DNA of 64,000 bases from Candidatus Falkowbacteria bacterium UBA1359. GTDB taxonomy: Bacteria > Patescibacteriota > Patescibacteriia > Patescibacteriales > Patescibacteriaceae. The DNA is taken from NCBI GenBank assembly GCA_002306385.1, contig DBRV01000003.1, positions 861-64,860 of the forward strand. Reading direction: 5' to 3'. The position numbers were made by a program, and so were the translations under genes. The notes under the pieces were generated by a model. The model was given only the letters and a program-made list of their open reading frames with translations. It was not told where the DNA came from and did not search any database. This document shows, in pieces, positions 1-7,541 of the stretch. Each line of letters starts with the position of its first letter. Position 1 is the stretch's first letter.

Positions 1-1313
1 TCGTAATAAGAATTTAGCCCACTATCCAAATGAAAAACGTGTTCTCCCTGCAGAGCTTTACGAACATAAAGGGGTAATTCACCTTTACTTTCGGCAATCT
101 GTTCTTGCGCTTGCATATTAATTTTACCGACATTTAAAGCCCAATCTTCTTGATATTTAAGTAATATCTCCTTGTGAGGAACATCCTCTGGAATGCGACC
201 ATTATACTCTGTGGCGAGAACCCTAATCCATGATAATAATTCAGGGGTCGATGGCCTTTTTTGTATCTTTGGATTTTCGTGATACTGATAAAAAACAGAA
301 ATGGCATAATTTAATAATTCTTTTTGTATCCCGGGAAAATTTAACTCAACAATTTGAGATAAATCAGACCGGCTTGGATAATCAACATAGTGATATAAAC
401 TTCGCCTGCGGAATGATGGCGGAATTTTATCTGAATCTTCTGTATTTGTTGTGACTATAATTCTTAAATTCTTTTTATCACCCTTTACAACAGTACCCGT
501 TTCATTAATAGTAAAGGTTAAATTTTCAATTTCATCTAAGATTCCTGTCATTAACTCTTCACGACCTTTTTCAATCTCATCTATAAGTAAATATATTTTT
601 TTACCTTTTCCCGATTGATAAATAGCCTCTCCTAATGGCCCTAGATCAATATAATTAAGATAGTCTAAGTCTTTAGATGTTTCACCCAGCTCAACAACAG
701 CTCTCATTTTAGCTTTAAATGCCATATATCCTTTATCTGTTGTGGGGTCTATCTCGCCACTAACTATTTTTTGCTTCCAAAACATAGCCTCATCTTTGAT
801 TTCTTCTGGCACCTGGGCCCGAGACTGGGCATCACTTAATCTTCTTACATCATCAACACTATATAATAAATCCTGGGCTCTCATTGTGTCCTTAACCCGA
901 ATATGAATAAGGGCAACATCTTTACCCTCTTGTAGCTCTTGGCCAACCTCTGAATAAGCCCATTGCGTTTTACCAGTGCCAGGTTCACCCTCTAAGATAA
1001 CAGAATTACAATCACCGCTCTCTGCCAAAACATCTAAAACCTCCTTAACGGCCTGCAGTTCCGCAGACACCACATATGGCCTCTCCATTCTTTCATTTAT
1101 TTCCGTCAAACTATGCCGCATCCTATCAAGTTGCTCCTCTTTTTTACCAATAGTTTTTATTATATTTTCTTTCCCCCTAGACTCTTCGGTAATCATGCTT
1201 AATTTTTCTTCAAGGAAGTCAATTTTTGCCAACAAACTAGACAATATAGACTTAAAAACTTCGGGGTCTTCAACTTCATCAATTTGTGGCTGTAATTCAA
1301 AATTTTTCCTCAT
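1..1313 (-). CDS. AAA+ ATPase, MoxR/AAA_5-like, with coiled-coil N-terminus; partial (C-terminus beyond window edge)
   Basis: Absent from the ORF track because it has no stop in the window. My minus-strand translation starts at ATG 1313-1311: MRKNFELQPQIDEVEDPE... It shows VILEGEPGTGKT (Walker A), IYLLIDEIEKGREELMTGILDEIENLTFTI (Walker B plus MoxR-like helix), LRIIVTTN (sensor 1) and PPSFRRRSLYHYVDYP. The frame stays open to nt 3. Confidence 0.75.
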   Translation of the reverse strand, partial: MRKNFELQPQIDEVEDPEVFKSILSSLLAKIDFLEEKLSMITEESRGKENIIKTIGKKEEQLDRMRHSLTEINERMERPYVVSAELQAVKEVLDVLAESGDCNSVILEGEPGTGKTQWAYSEVGQELQEGKDVALIHIRVKDTMRAQDLLYSVDDVRRLSDAQSRAQVPEEIKDEAMFWKQKIVSGEIDPTTDKGYMAFKAKMRAVVELGETSKDLDYLNYIDLGPLGEAIYQSGKGKKIYLLIDEIEKGREELMTGILDEIENLTFTINETGTVVKGDKKNLRIIVTTNTEDSDKIPPSFRRRSLYHYVDYPSRSDLSQIVELNFPGIQKELLNYAISVFYQYHENPKIQKRPSTPELLSWIRVLATEYNGRIPEDVPHKEILLKYQEDWALNVGKINMQAQEQIAESKGELPLYVRKALQGEHVFHLDSGLNSYY

Positions 1314-1325
1314 AAAATTATAAGT

Positions 1326-1508
1326 TTAGTTGTTTTCAAAATTTTTAATATCTTCTTCAATCTTGGTGATTTTTTGTATCGCCTTATCTAAGACAGACTT
1401 TTTATAGGCTTGTAATTTTGTATTATGTCTTGCGTCAGCATTAATAACCTTTGATTTTATTGGAGGATTTGCTTTATTGATACCTCCCAAAATATTGTTT
1501 TTACTCAT
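1326..1508 (-). CDS. hypothetical small Lys-rich protein (60 aa), co-oriented with the AAA+ ATPase
   Basis: ORF-track ORF. Its stop lies 12 nt upstream of the AAA+ start on the same strand. I recognise no family. Confidence 0.45.
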   Translation of the reverse strand: MSKNNILGGINKANPPIKSKVINADARHNTKLQAYKKSVLDKAIQKITKIEEDIKNFENN

Positions 1509-1706
1509 AAAATAATTAGTTTTATAATAATGAAATTAGCGGAACATCGTGAGGGATGTTGGAAACATACTTCAGTGACAAACCGAATATATTTACATCC
1601 CCAATTTAAGTCCTCAGGCTTAGCTTTATCATATCAAGTTTTGCTCTACTCTTCAACTCACTATTGTTTTTAATTATTAACCACGCATAAAAGTGGGATT
1701 TATTTT

Positions 1707-1745
1707 TTCAAAAAAGAAAAAGCGGCAACACTTAGGCTACCGCTT
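1707..1745 (-). terminator. Rho-independent terminator of the radical-SAM cassette
   Basis: Minus strand reads AAGCGGTAG-cctaagtg-TTGCCGCTT followed by TTTCTTTTTT. It lies 33 nt downstream of the stop at 1778. Confidence 0.6.
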
Positions 1746-1777
1746 GAGTAAAGAACTGTTTACGGATACGGACAAAT

Positions 1778-2770
1778 TTACTTCTTGTATTTATCCATAT
1801 AGATATGAGCAAGTTGACCGCAACATAACCCCGCCTCTTCACATTTAGCAATGGTGTCAACGACAACATTGAGGCCTAACGCGCGAATTTCGTCTCCTCT
1901 CTGCTTAAGGAGATCGAAATTACGATAATTCGCGAAGGCCTTAAGGCCATCCCGATCACCGCGTGTAGTCTTGTTGAGAGGAATCAGCTTAATTGCGAAT
2001 TTTGCGGGATCCAACCCCTTGAGTTTTTCAGGATCAAGCTCCCAGCCATCGCCACAGATGAAGTTCAGCGTTATCGTCCTATCTGTGACAGTGTGCTGAT
2101 CAAAGAATTCGACAAGACGAACAAGTGGAACAACCTTAGCTCCGTGAAAGAGCCAATGTCTTTCTTCTTCGCTTGTTGAATTAATTGACAGCTGAAGATG
2201 TAGGAATCCTCCGAATACTTCTTCCTTGACCCGCAGGACTTCCTCCAAAATTTCAAATGGCGAAGCTCCGTGAATTGTCGTGTCGGGCACGATGGAGTTG
2301 TAGCAAGGCAGGAATCGAAAATCACCCCAGGGGTGATTCTTGAGATATCGAATCGCCTCCAACACATTACACCAGTTTAGGGCTGGCTCACCCATTCGGG
2401 CGAATCCGATTTTCGCCTTCTTGGTTTTTTGAACATGAGGCGATTCTCGAATGATCAAGTCGATTTGCTCGATGATCTGCTCTGCACTTAAATTACCACG
2501 AAATGGCAGCAGAGGCACATCGCAGAAACGACATTGATAGCCACAACCAAGCTGAGTCGAAACGGTCATCAGCCACTTTTCTTCATAAGGAACAAGGTTT
2601 GCCCGAATCAGCTCTATATCATCGGTGACGAGAACTTCGGGATGTTCCTTGCCAGTTACGTCCTGCATCTCCGTGCATTCCACGATGTATGGATCACCTT
2701 TTTCATCTGTTGTTTCACAGATGAAAATTCTGCCACTTGGCAGCTCGACGACATCCTTTAAGGTTATCAT
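1778..2770 (-). CDS. radical SAM enzyme, RlmN/Cfr-like core without the N-terminal domain
   Basis: CX3CX2C motif GCGYQCRFC (C76/C80/C83, nt 2522-2545). MGEPALNW, LQLSINSTSEEER, IKLIPLNK and C-terminal CCGQLA are collinear with E. coli RlmN MGEPLLN, AISLHAPNDEIR, INLIPWNP and ACGQLA, as I recall that sequence. Confidence 0.75.
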   Translation of the reverse strand: MITLKDVVELPSGRIFICETTDEKGDPYIVECTEMQDVTGKEHPEVLVTDDIELIRANLVPYEEKWLMTVSTQLGCGYQCRFCDVPLLPFRGNLSAEQIIEQIDLIIRESPHVQKTKKAKIGFARMGEPALNWCNVLEAIRYLKNHPWGDFRFLPCYNSIVPDTTIHGASPFEILEEVLRVKEEVFGGFLHLQLSINSTSEEERHWLFHGAKVVPLVRLVEFFDQHTVTDRTITLNFICGDGWELDPEKLKGLDPAKFAIKLIPLNKTTRGDRDGLKAFANYRNFDLLKQRGDEIRALGLNVVVDTIAKCEEAGLCCGQLAHIYMDKYKK

Positions 2771-3495
2771 TGCTTTTTCTCCTTTCTTTGGAATTTTTGC
2801 GCCAACTTTGTGGCGTCGTAATCTTCGTAGACCAAATTGTCGGGCATGAAATAATAGTTATAGTCGCCATCAGCTAAAAATCTAACTTGCGGAAATTCGT
2901 CTTGAAGCGTCTGTCGAATTTTATTGAAATCGGCAACAACACCTCTGCATTCCCGCACTGTCAGTTTGGGAACAAACGAGTAGAACCGAATCCACTCGCG
3001 AATCCAATCTGAGCTCTGGCCGACATAAACCACTACTACTCGTGCACGAGAGAATCTCAGAAGTCGCGTCAGTTCTTCCCTGCGAACCTCTGAAATCGTG
3101 TGTGTGGACACCACAACCTGGTGGAATCCGAGAAGTTCAATCATTGCCAGTTTATCAAGCAAATCCTCGTTTGTGTGGAGATCAACTTGACGATTATGCT
3201 TGTGGCAGATAGCAACGATTGTTTCGAGCGTTGAGAAATTCTCCTTTAGCTCGAACAAGGGGTCGCCACCGCCAGAAACAGAAACCTTCGGCCCAGTAAA
3301 TCTTCCGATACACCAATCTAGATAATCCCAATCAATTGTTTGTTTCTCCCGCTTCAGCCGATGATTAGCAAAAGCACAGAAAAAACATCGTTTTGCACAA
3401 CCGAAATTTGTAACAATGGAAAAATTCCTTTCCTGACAACATAAAGTGCTGTCGGATTCAAATTTCTCCTTTCGTACCTGCGTTATCATGGTCAT
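2767..3495 (-). CDS. small radical SAM protein (242 aa), activase/QueE-sized
   Basis: CX3CX2C motif GCAKRCFFC (C33/C37/C40, nt 3376-3399). SVSGGGDPL is a glycine-rich SAM motif. ATGA overlap with the downstream gene at 2767-2770. SD GGAGG at 3497-3501 favours the third-codon ATG (3489) as the true start. Confidence 0.7.
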   Translation of the reverse strand: MTMITQVRKEKFESDSTLCCQERNFSIVTNFGCAKRCFFCAFANHRLKREKQTIDWDYLDWCIGRFTGPKVSVSGGGDPLFELKENFSTLETIVAICHKHNRQVDLHTNEDLLDKLAMIELLGFHQVVVSTHTISEVRREELTRLLRFSRARVVVVYVGQSSDWIREWIRFYSFVPKLTVRECRGVVADFNKIRQTLQDEFPQVRFLADGDYNYYFMPDNLVYEDYDATKLAQKFQRKEKKQ

Positions 3496-3572
3496 TCCTC
3501 CTTTTTATTTGAATTATCAATGTACAAAACCCCTGATAGGTTTATCAACAATAATACAAAATGTTCGAAATG

Positions 3573-4118
3573 TCAATCTTTGCAGACCTCGCTAACGATC
3601 TTTCTCAAATATGAGAAACGAGAATGAATCTTGGGATCAGTTACCTTTTGCCAAGCGGATTCATCTCCATTTAAAAGATAATCACGTAACTGAGTGGCGC
3701 TAATGCCGTCGCGTTCGACTTTTTCAAACTTCATATCATAATTTTTATACAACCACTCTAATTTTGTCTCGCTTCCACCATAGACAACTTCGGGAATTTT
3801 CCCAGTATAAAATTGACAGAAAGAAACTATCCAATTACCCCATTCGCGATATTCCCCCTCGGTCTTAGGAATACCATGCAGGTCTGGGAAAAACCCAATT
3901 TTTAATCGTTTATTATCACCATAGATTCTTTTTATCAAATCTATCCTATCCAGAACGTTGAAAGGATTTCTTTTGCTGCCATACGATTGGCATTCACCAA
4001 CAAGCAAAATTGCTTCTTCGCACTCAGAAAGCATTTTATCGATGACTTTCTGATGGCCAAGTTGAATGTGTTGAAATCGACCATGAAATAACCCAAATTT
4101 GTATTTGTATGATCCCAT
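3573..4118 (-). CDS. cytidylyltransferase-fold nucleotidyltransferase, NadM/NadR (NMN adenylyltransferase)-like
   Basis: N-terminal GLFHGRFQHIQLGH matches the GRFQPxHxGH HIGH-type motif. ISATQLRDYL matches the ISxTxxR motif. SD GAGGGGG at 4127-4133 lies 8 nt from the ATG. Confidence 0.65.
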   Translation of the reverse strand: MGSYKYKFGLFHGRFQHIQLGHQKVIDKMLSECEEAILLVGECQSYGSKRNPFNVLDRIDLIKRIYGDNKRLKIGFFPDLHGIPKTEGEYREWGNWIVSFCQFYTGKIPEVVYGGSETKLEWLYKNYDMKFEKVERDGISATQLRDYLLNGDESAWQKVTDPKIHSRFSYLRKIVSEVCKD

Positions 4119-4439
4119 AAATATTACCCCCTCATATAATTACTTATTTAATTTTATTATAACAGTTAATAATTGAAAAATCTATTAAAGTTTGCGGTCA
4201 TTCATTATTGCTGAAAACCCAAAAATCTGCCAAAATAAAGACATAAATTACAATTACTATAATCAAAGAGGCTGGAACTTCACCAGAAACACTGCTAAAA
4301 ATTAAACAAGTATTGGACGTTATTCAGAACTGACATGCTCTCAATCCAGAGAACAAGTTTTTTGAATTTGAGCTCGACGGATTCGGCATAGATTTAAAAA
4401 ATGCAGATACCTACTTAGAGCTCCTAGATATCTTTGAGG

Positions 4440-4793
4440 GATTAAAAAATATCAGATGCTTCATGAAAAGTACTATCACACAGAGATCACAGAGAAAAAG
4501 CATATAGCAAAGGCACATCGCAAAAATCGCTCAATTAAACAATAAGCTAAGGGAGACTGAGGCCAGGGCTGAACACTGGTTGGAATTAACCAAAAGGACA
4601 TTCAGTTTTACCGCTTATGCACGAGCCGAATTGCTTAAGGCTACTGAAATGGGCAAAACGGGGTCAAAACTGAAGAAAAAATTCTTCTTGCATTAAGCCA
4701 AAGCCCTAAAATTAAAGATGGAGAGCTAGTGATCAAGTCCAACGAATGGTTTGTGCCGATACAAAAGATTCTGCACTGGAAAAGAAATACTTA
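4440..4793 (+). pseudogene. decayed C-terminal remnant of a large serine recombinase (integrase)
   Basis: Reading ...IAQLNNKLRETEARAEHWLELTKRTFSFTAYARAELLKATEMGKTGSKLKKK, then a frameshift in an A-run, then ILLALSQSPKIKDGELVIKSNEWFVPIQKI. This resembles the coiled-coil and C-terminal tail of recombinase-family proteins. It has multiple stops and frameshifts and no catalytic N-terminal domain. Limits are approximate. Confidence 0.45.
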
Positions 4794-4861
4794 GCGTTAG
4801 AACCGACAAAATTGCCACTAAATAAAGCAAAAACGTAGACTCTGGCCTCTATTCGTAACAC

Positions 4862-4950
4862 TGGCGGAGGAGAAGGGATTCGAACCCTTGATGCCATATA
4901 GGCATAGCGCTTTTCGAGAGCGCCCGATTCAACCACTCTCGCACTCCTCC
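4862..4950 (-). tRNA. tRNA-Ser(CGA)
   Basis: Hand fold: acceptor GGAGGAG/CTCCTCC, anticodon stem GCGCT/AGCGC, loop CTCGAAA, long variable arm TGCC..GGCA, T-arm AAGGG-TTCGAAT-CCCTT, discriminator G, encoded CCA. Confidence 0.9.
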
Positions 4951-4965
4951 CTTAAGTCAACTGAT

Positions 4966-5697
4966 TCATTGTTTATCTTGAATTAGTTGTTTTAATCTGT
5001 CAATCTCTGCCGTATTAAGCGACCGAACCGCCCCAATGGGCAGACGACCCAACTTTAAAGGACCAAGTCCAGTTCTTTTTAGGTCAATCACTTCATAGCC
5101 TGCTAATTTTAGCAATAAACGAATCTGTCTCTTTTGACCTTGCTCTAAAATAATTTCTAACCGATCACCAGCTAATTGACGGCTTATTTTAGCTCTAGCC
5201 AAACTTTGGCCGTCATATAACTTATGACCCTGGGACAAAAATGTCTGTAGTTTTATAAAATTAGCAGAAGTAATCCCTGGTCTAACAGTGACCTCATAAA
5301 TCTTAGGGTGAGTAAAGCGAGGGTGGGTCAATTTAGCTGCTAAAATTCCATCATTGGTTAAAAGAACTAAGCCATGGCTATTTTTATCTAAACGGCCAGC
5401 CACAAAAAGCCGCCCCGGATAATTCACTAACTCAAAAATATTTTTTTCATGAGGCAATTGCTTATTAGTACAAGTATAGCCTACCGGCTTATTAACCATG
5501 AAATAAACCGGAGCCGGTTCCTGATTAGCTATTGGGCGACCATCAACCTTAATAATTGTGTGAGGGTTAATAATGATCTCCCCTAAATGAGCGGGCTGGT
5601 CATCCACGGTAACTCGTCCGGCTCTAATTAAAGATTCGGCTTGTCGTCTGGACCAAGGGCCATGACTGGCTAAATATTTAGTTAATTGCTGTTTCAT
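4966..5697 (-). CDS. pseudouridine synthase, RsuA/RluB family (S4 domain plus catalytic domain)
   Basis: S4-like N-terminus (LTKYLASHGPWSRRQAESLIRAGRVTVD), then VAGRLDKNSHGLVLLTNDG carrying the catalytic Asp motif. Confidence 0.8.
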   Translation of the reverse strand: MKQQLTKYLASHGPWSRRQAESLIRAGRVTVDDQPAHLGEIIINPHTIIKVDGRPIANQEPAPVYFMVNKPVGYTCTNKQLPHEKNIFELVNYPGRLFVAGRLDKNSHGLVLLTNDGILAAKLTHPRFTHPKIYEVTVRPGITSANFIKLQTFLSQGHKLYDGQSLARAKISRQLAGDRLEIILEQGQKRQIRLLLKLAGYEVIDLKRTGLGPLKLGRLPIGAVRSLNTAEIDRLKQLIQDKQ

Positions 5698-5699
5698 GG

Positions 5700-7046
5700 C
5701 TATTTGCTTTTTAACTTCCCCCTTAATTGCCAGTTAAGCCAACCAGTAAGCGCTAGGCCTAGCCAAAATAATACTGCTAAATCATTTTTAAAATAAGGCA
5801 CATCTACGAGACCATGGATAAAAGCAGCCAGCCAAGCCCCAAATAATCCCCAATTAAGCCAAGCTAAATTATTTTTAAGATGATAACCACAAAAATTGCG
5901 ACAATTAATAAATAGAGCCTTAAACCATAGCCACATAAAAATTATCATCCCCAGTAGCCCCAATTCACTCCAAAAATTTAAGATAATATTGTGAGGATAG
6001 AGGTATATCTCTACCGGCTGCCAGACTGGTTTTTCTGACTTATCTACTGGCTTAAGCCAAATACCTGTTTCATGATATGGCTTCACACTAGATTGATAAT
6101 TAGCAAGACCAGCCCCAGTAAATAATCGGCCATCTCGTAACATCTCCCAAGTTTCTTGCCATTGGGCTCGACGGATTTGGCCTGATTCATCGGCTAAAGA
6201 AATTTTCCTATAAATTCCAGGGTTCTGTAAAGTAACAATAACCAAAAGAGCAGTCAAAATAATAGACACCACCTTACCACCACGGCTAGAAAGAAAAATC
6301 ATAACTATAATAGCTATAATTAATCCAACTATAGCGCCTTCGGAATGGGCCCAATAAAGAGCCAGCCAACTCAAAATAATACTAGCGGCTAGTAAAATAT
6401 TAGACCAAGTAAATAGTTTAGACCGTTCTTTTCTTAAATAAATAAGGCAACCCAAAAGTGCTAAGCTAACTGGGGCCACAAAGAGACCAATAGCATTGGG
6501 GTAGCCAAAAAAAGAAGTAGCCCGCCGACCAGTAACTGACGCCCACTCAGGATTAAAAATGAGCTGGCCGGTAAAATACTGGTAGCCGGCTAATAAACTA
6601 ATTAAGGTTACACTACCCGCTAGAAACAATAGGGCATTAACAATGTCTTGAGGTTTTTGCCAAACATTAAAGGCAATAACAAAAACTAAAATTGGCTCAA
6701 TGAAATAAGCCTTCCAAATTCCCAGGGCTGGAAGACTATAGCCACTAATAGCAACGGCTATCCAGGCAATAATTAATATGATAATTATCTCCCAAGTAAA
6801 AGGATAAGGATGCCAATTCTTGGGTTTACGGATAATATTCTTCCAGGGCCGAGGCCAAGACTTAATGAGCCAAACCATGGTGGTAATTACAATGAATTCT
6901 TCTAAGACAGTAGAAGGCACAAAACCCACCTTAAAACGCAATAAATAAACAGGTAATAAACCAAATAGCAAAGATAGAGCTAATTTTAAGTTACTCCATG
7001 ACAAAATAAGCCACAAAACACCGACGGCTAAAATTAACCAGCTCAT
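5700..7046 (-). CDS. O-antigen ligase-like (Wzy_C) polytopic membrane protein; possible PglL/TfpO-type O-oligosaccharyltransferase
   Basis: More than 10 predicted TM helices. Motifs HSEGAIVGL, a RRAQWQETWEMLRDGRLFTGAGLANYQ loop and YPHNIILNFWSELGLLGMIIF are typical of Wzy_C. 4-nt overlap with the upstream gene. Confidence 0.6.
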   Translation of the reverse strand: MSWLILAVGVLWLILSWSNLKLALSLLFGLLPVYLLRFKVGFVPSTVLEEFIVITTMVWLIKSWPRPWKNIIRKPKNWHPYPFTWEIIIILIIAWIAVAISGYSLPALGIWKAYFIEPILVFVIAFNVWQKPQDIVNALLFLAGSVTLISLLAGYQYFTGQLIFNPEWASVTGRRATSFFGYPNAIGLFVAPVSLALLGCLIYLRKERSKLFTWSNILLAASIILSWLALYWAHSEGAIVGLIIAIIVMIFLSSRGGKVVSIILTALLVIVTLQNPGIYRKISLADESGQIRRAQWQETWEMLRDGRLFTGAGLANYQSSVKPYHETGIWLKPVDKSEKPVWQPVEIYLYPHNIILNFWSELGLLGMIIFMWLWFKALFINCRNFCGYHLKNNLAWLNWGLFGAWLAAFIHGLVDVPYFKNDLAVLFWLGLALTGWLNWQLRGKLKSK

Positions 7047-7540
7047 ATTTTTAACTGACTTAATGTCTTAAGCTTCCAAATATTATTAACCGTGTCATAA
7101 AGGGCAAAAGAGGCCGGATAATAAACTCCTCCTAGTGTGCCAGGATTCACGAGCCAAGTATTATTATCTAATTCCTCCCATGGTTTATGACTATGTCCGT
7201 AAAACAATACTTCTACTGATCCTTCTCTTAATACTTCTTCCCAATATCTTGGTTCGTGACAAAGACCAATGTGCCGTTTATCTACAATAATTTGGCCATA
7301 CCGACCAACATTATGCCACTGAGGATAACTGGGAATATCACTGGTTAAATAAGTATCACAATTGCCCTGAATAAAATAAAACTCCTTAGGCCAAAGTCTA
7401 GCTAGCTCTAAAAGCGTATCAGTATTAGTTAAGTCTCCCAAAAAAATAGCCGCATCGACTTGATTATTATTCGCCCAATTAAAACAAGTCTCTAAATTGG
7501 GTAAATTATCATGAAGATCACTAAATACTAAGATTGTCAT
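7043..7540 (-). CDS. metallophosphoesterase, YfcE/MJ0936-like
   Basis: Motifs ILVFSDLHDN, FLGDL, GNCD and GHSH. Confidence 0.75.
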   Translation of the reverse strand: MTILVFSDLHDNLPNLETCFNWANNNQVDAAIFLGDLTNTDTLLELARLWPKEFYFIQGNCDTYLTSDIPSYPQWHNVGRYGQIIVDKRHIGLCHEPRYWEEVLREGSVEVLFYGHSHKPWEELDNNTWLVNPGTLGGVYYPASFALYDTVNNIWKLKTLSQLKI

Positions 7541-7541
7541 A

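Larger units (their letters stand above)
1707..4861. mobile_element. degenerate integrated island remnant at tRNA-Ser (cargo cassette plus decayed recombinase); left limit uncertain
   Basis: A recombinase C-terminal remnant abuts the tRNA-Ser 3' end. The cargo genes are richer in G+C and carry strong SDs, unlike their neighbours. I found no direct repeat of the tRNA end, so the left boundary is not defined. Confidence 0.4.

Noticed and set aside
976-1323. 115-aa plus-strand ORF from the ORF track.
   Set aside because: It is low-complexity Ser/Leu-rich sequence lying antisense to a clean AAA+ ATPase frame with Walker A and B motifs. It is a shadow ORF.
1778-2770. Calling the RlmN-like gene housekeeping rlmN or the antibiotic-resistance gene cfr.
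   Set aside because: It has foreign composition and island context, lacks the N-terminal domain, and has Thr at the C118-equivalent position. None of this fits either assignment well. It remains a formal alternative to be tested.
2071-2849. ORFs at 2071-2367(-), 2534-2761(+) and 2625-2849(+).
   Set aside because: They are alternative-frame or antisense shadows inside the G+C-rich radical-SAM genes. The main frames carry the CX3CX2C motifs.
1509-4861. A direct repeat of the tRNA-Ser 3' end (attL/attR) delimiting the island.
   Set aside because: I scanned by eye for GGATTCGAACCC-like words and found none in the window. The island limit is left open and not asserted.
4733-4936. 67-aa minus-strand ORF.
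   Set aside because: It overlaps tRNA-Ser(CGA). Its translation (..ASRVRIPSPPP..) is just the tRNA read as protein.
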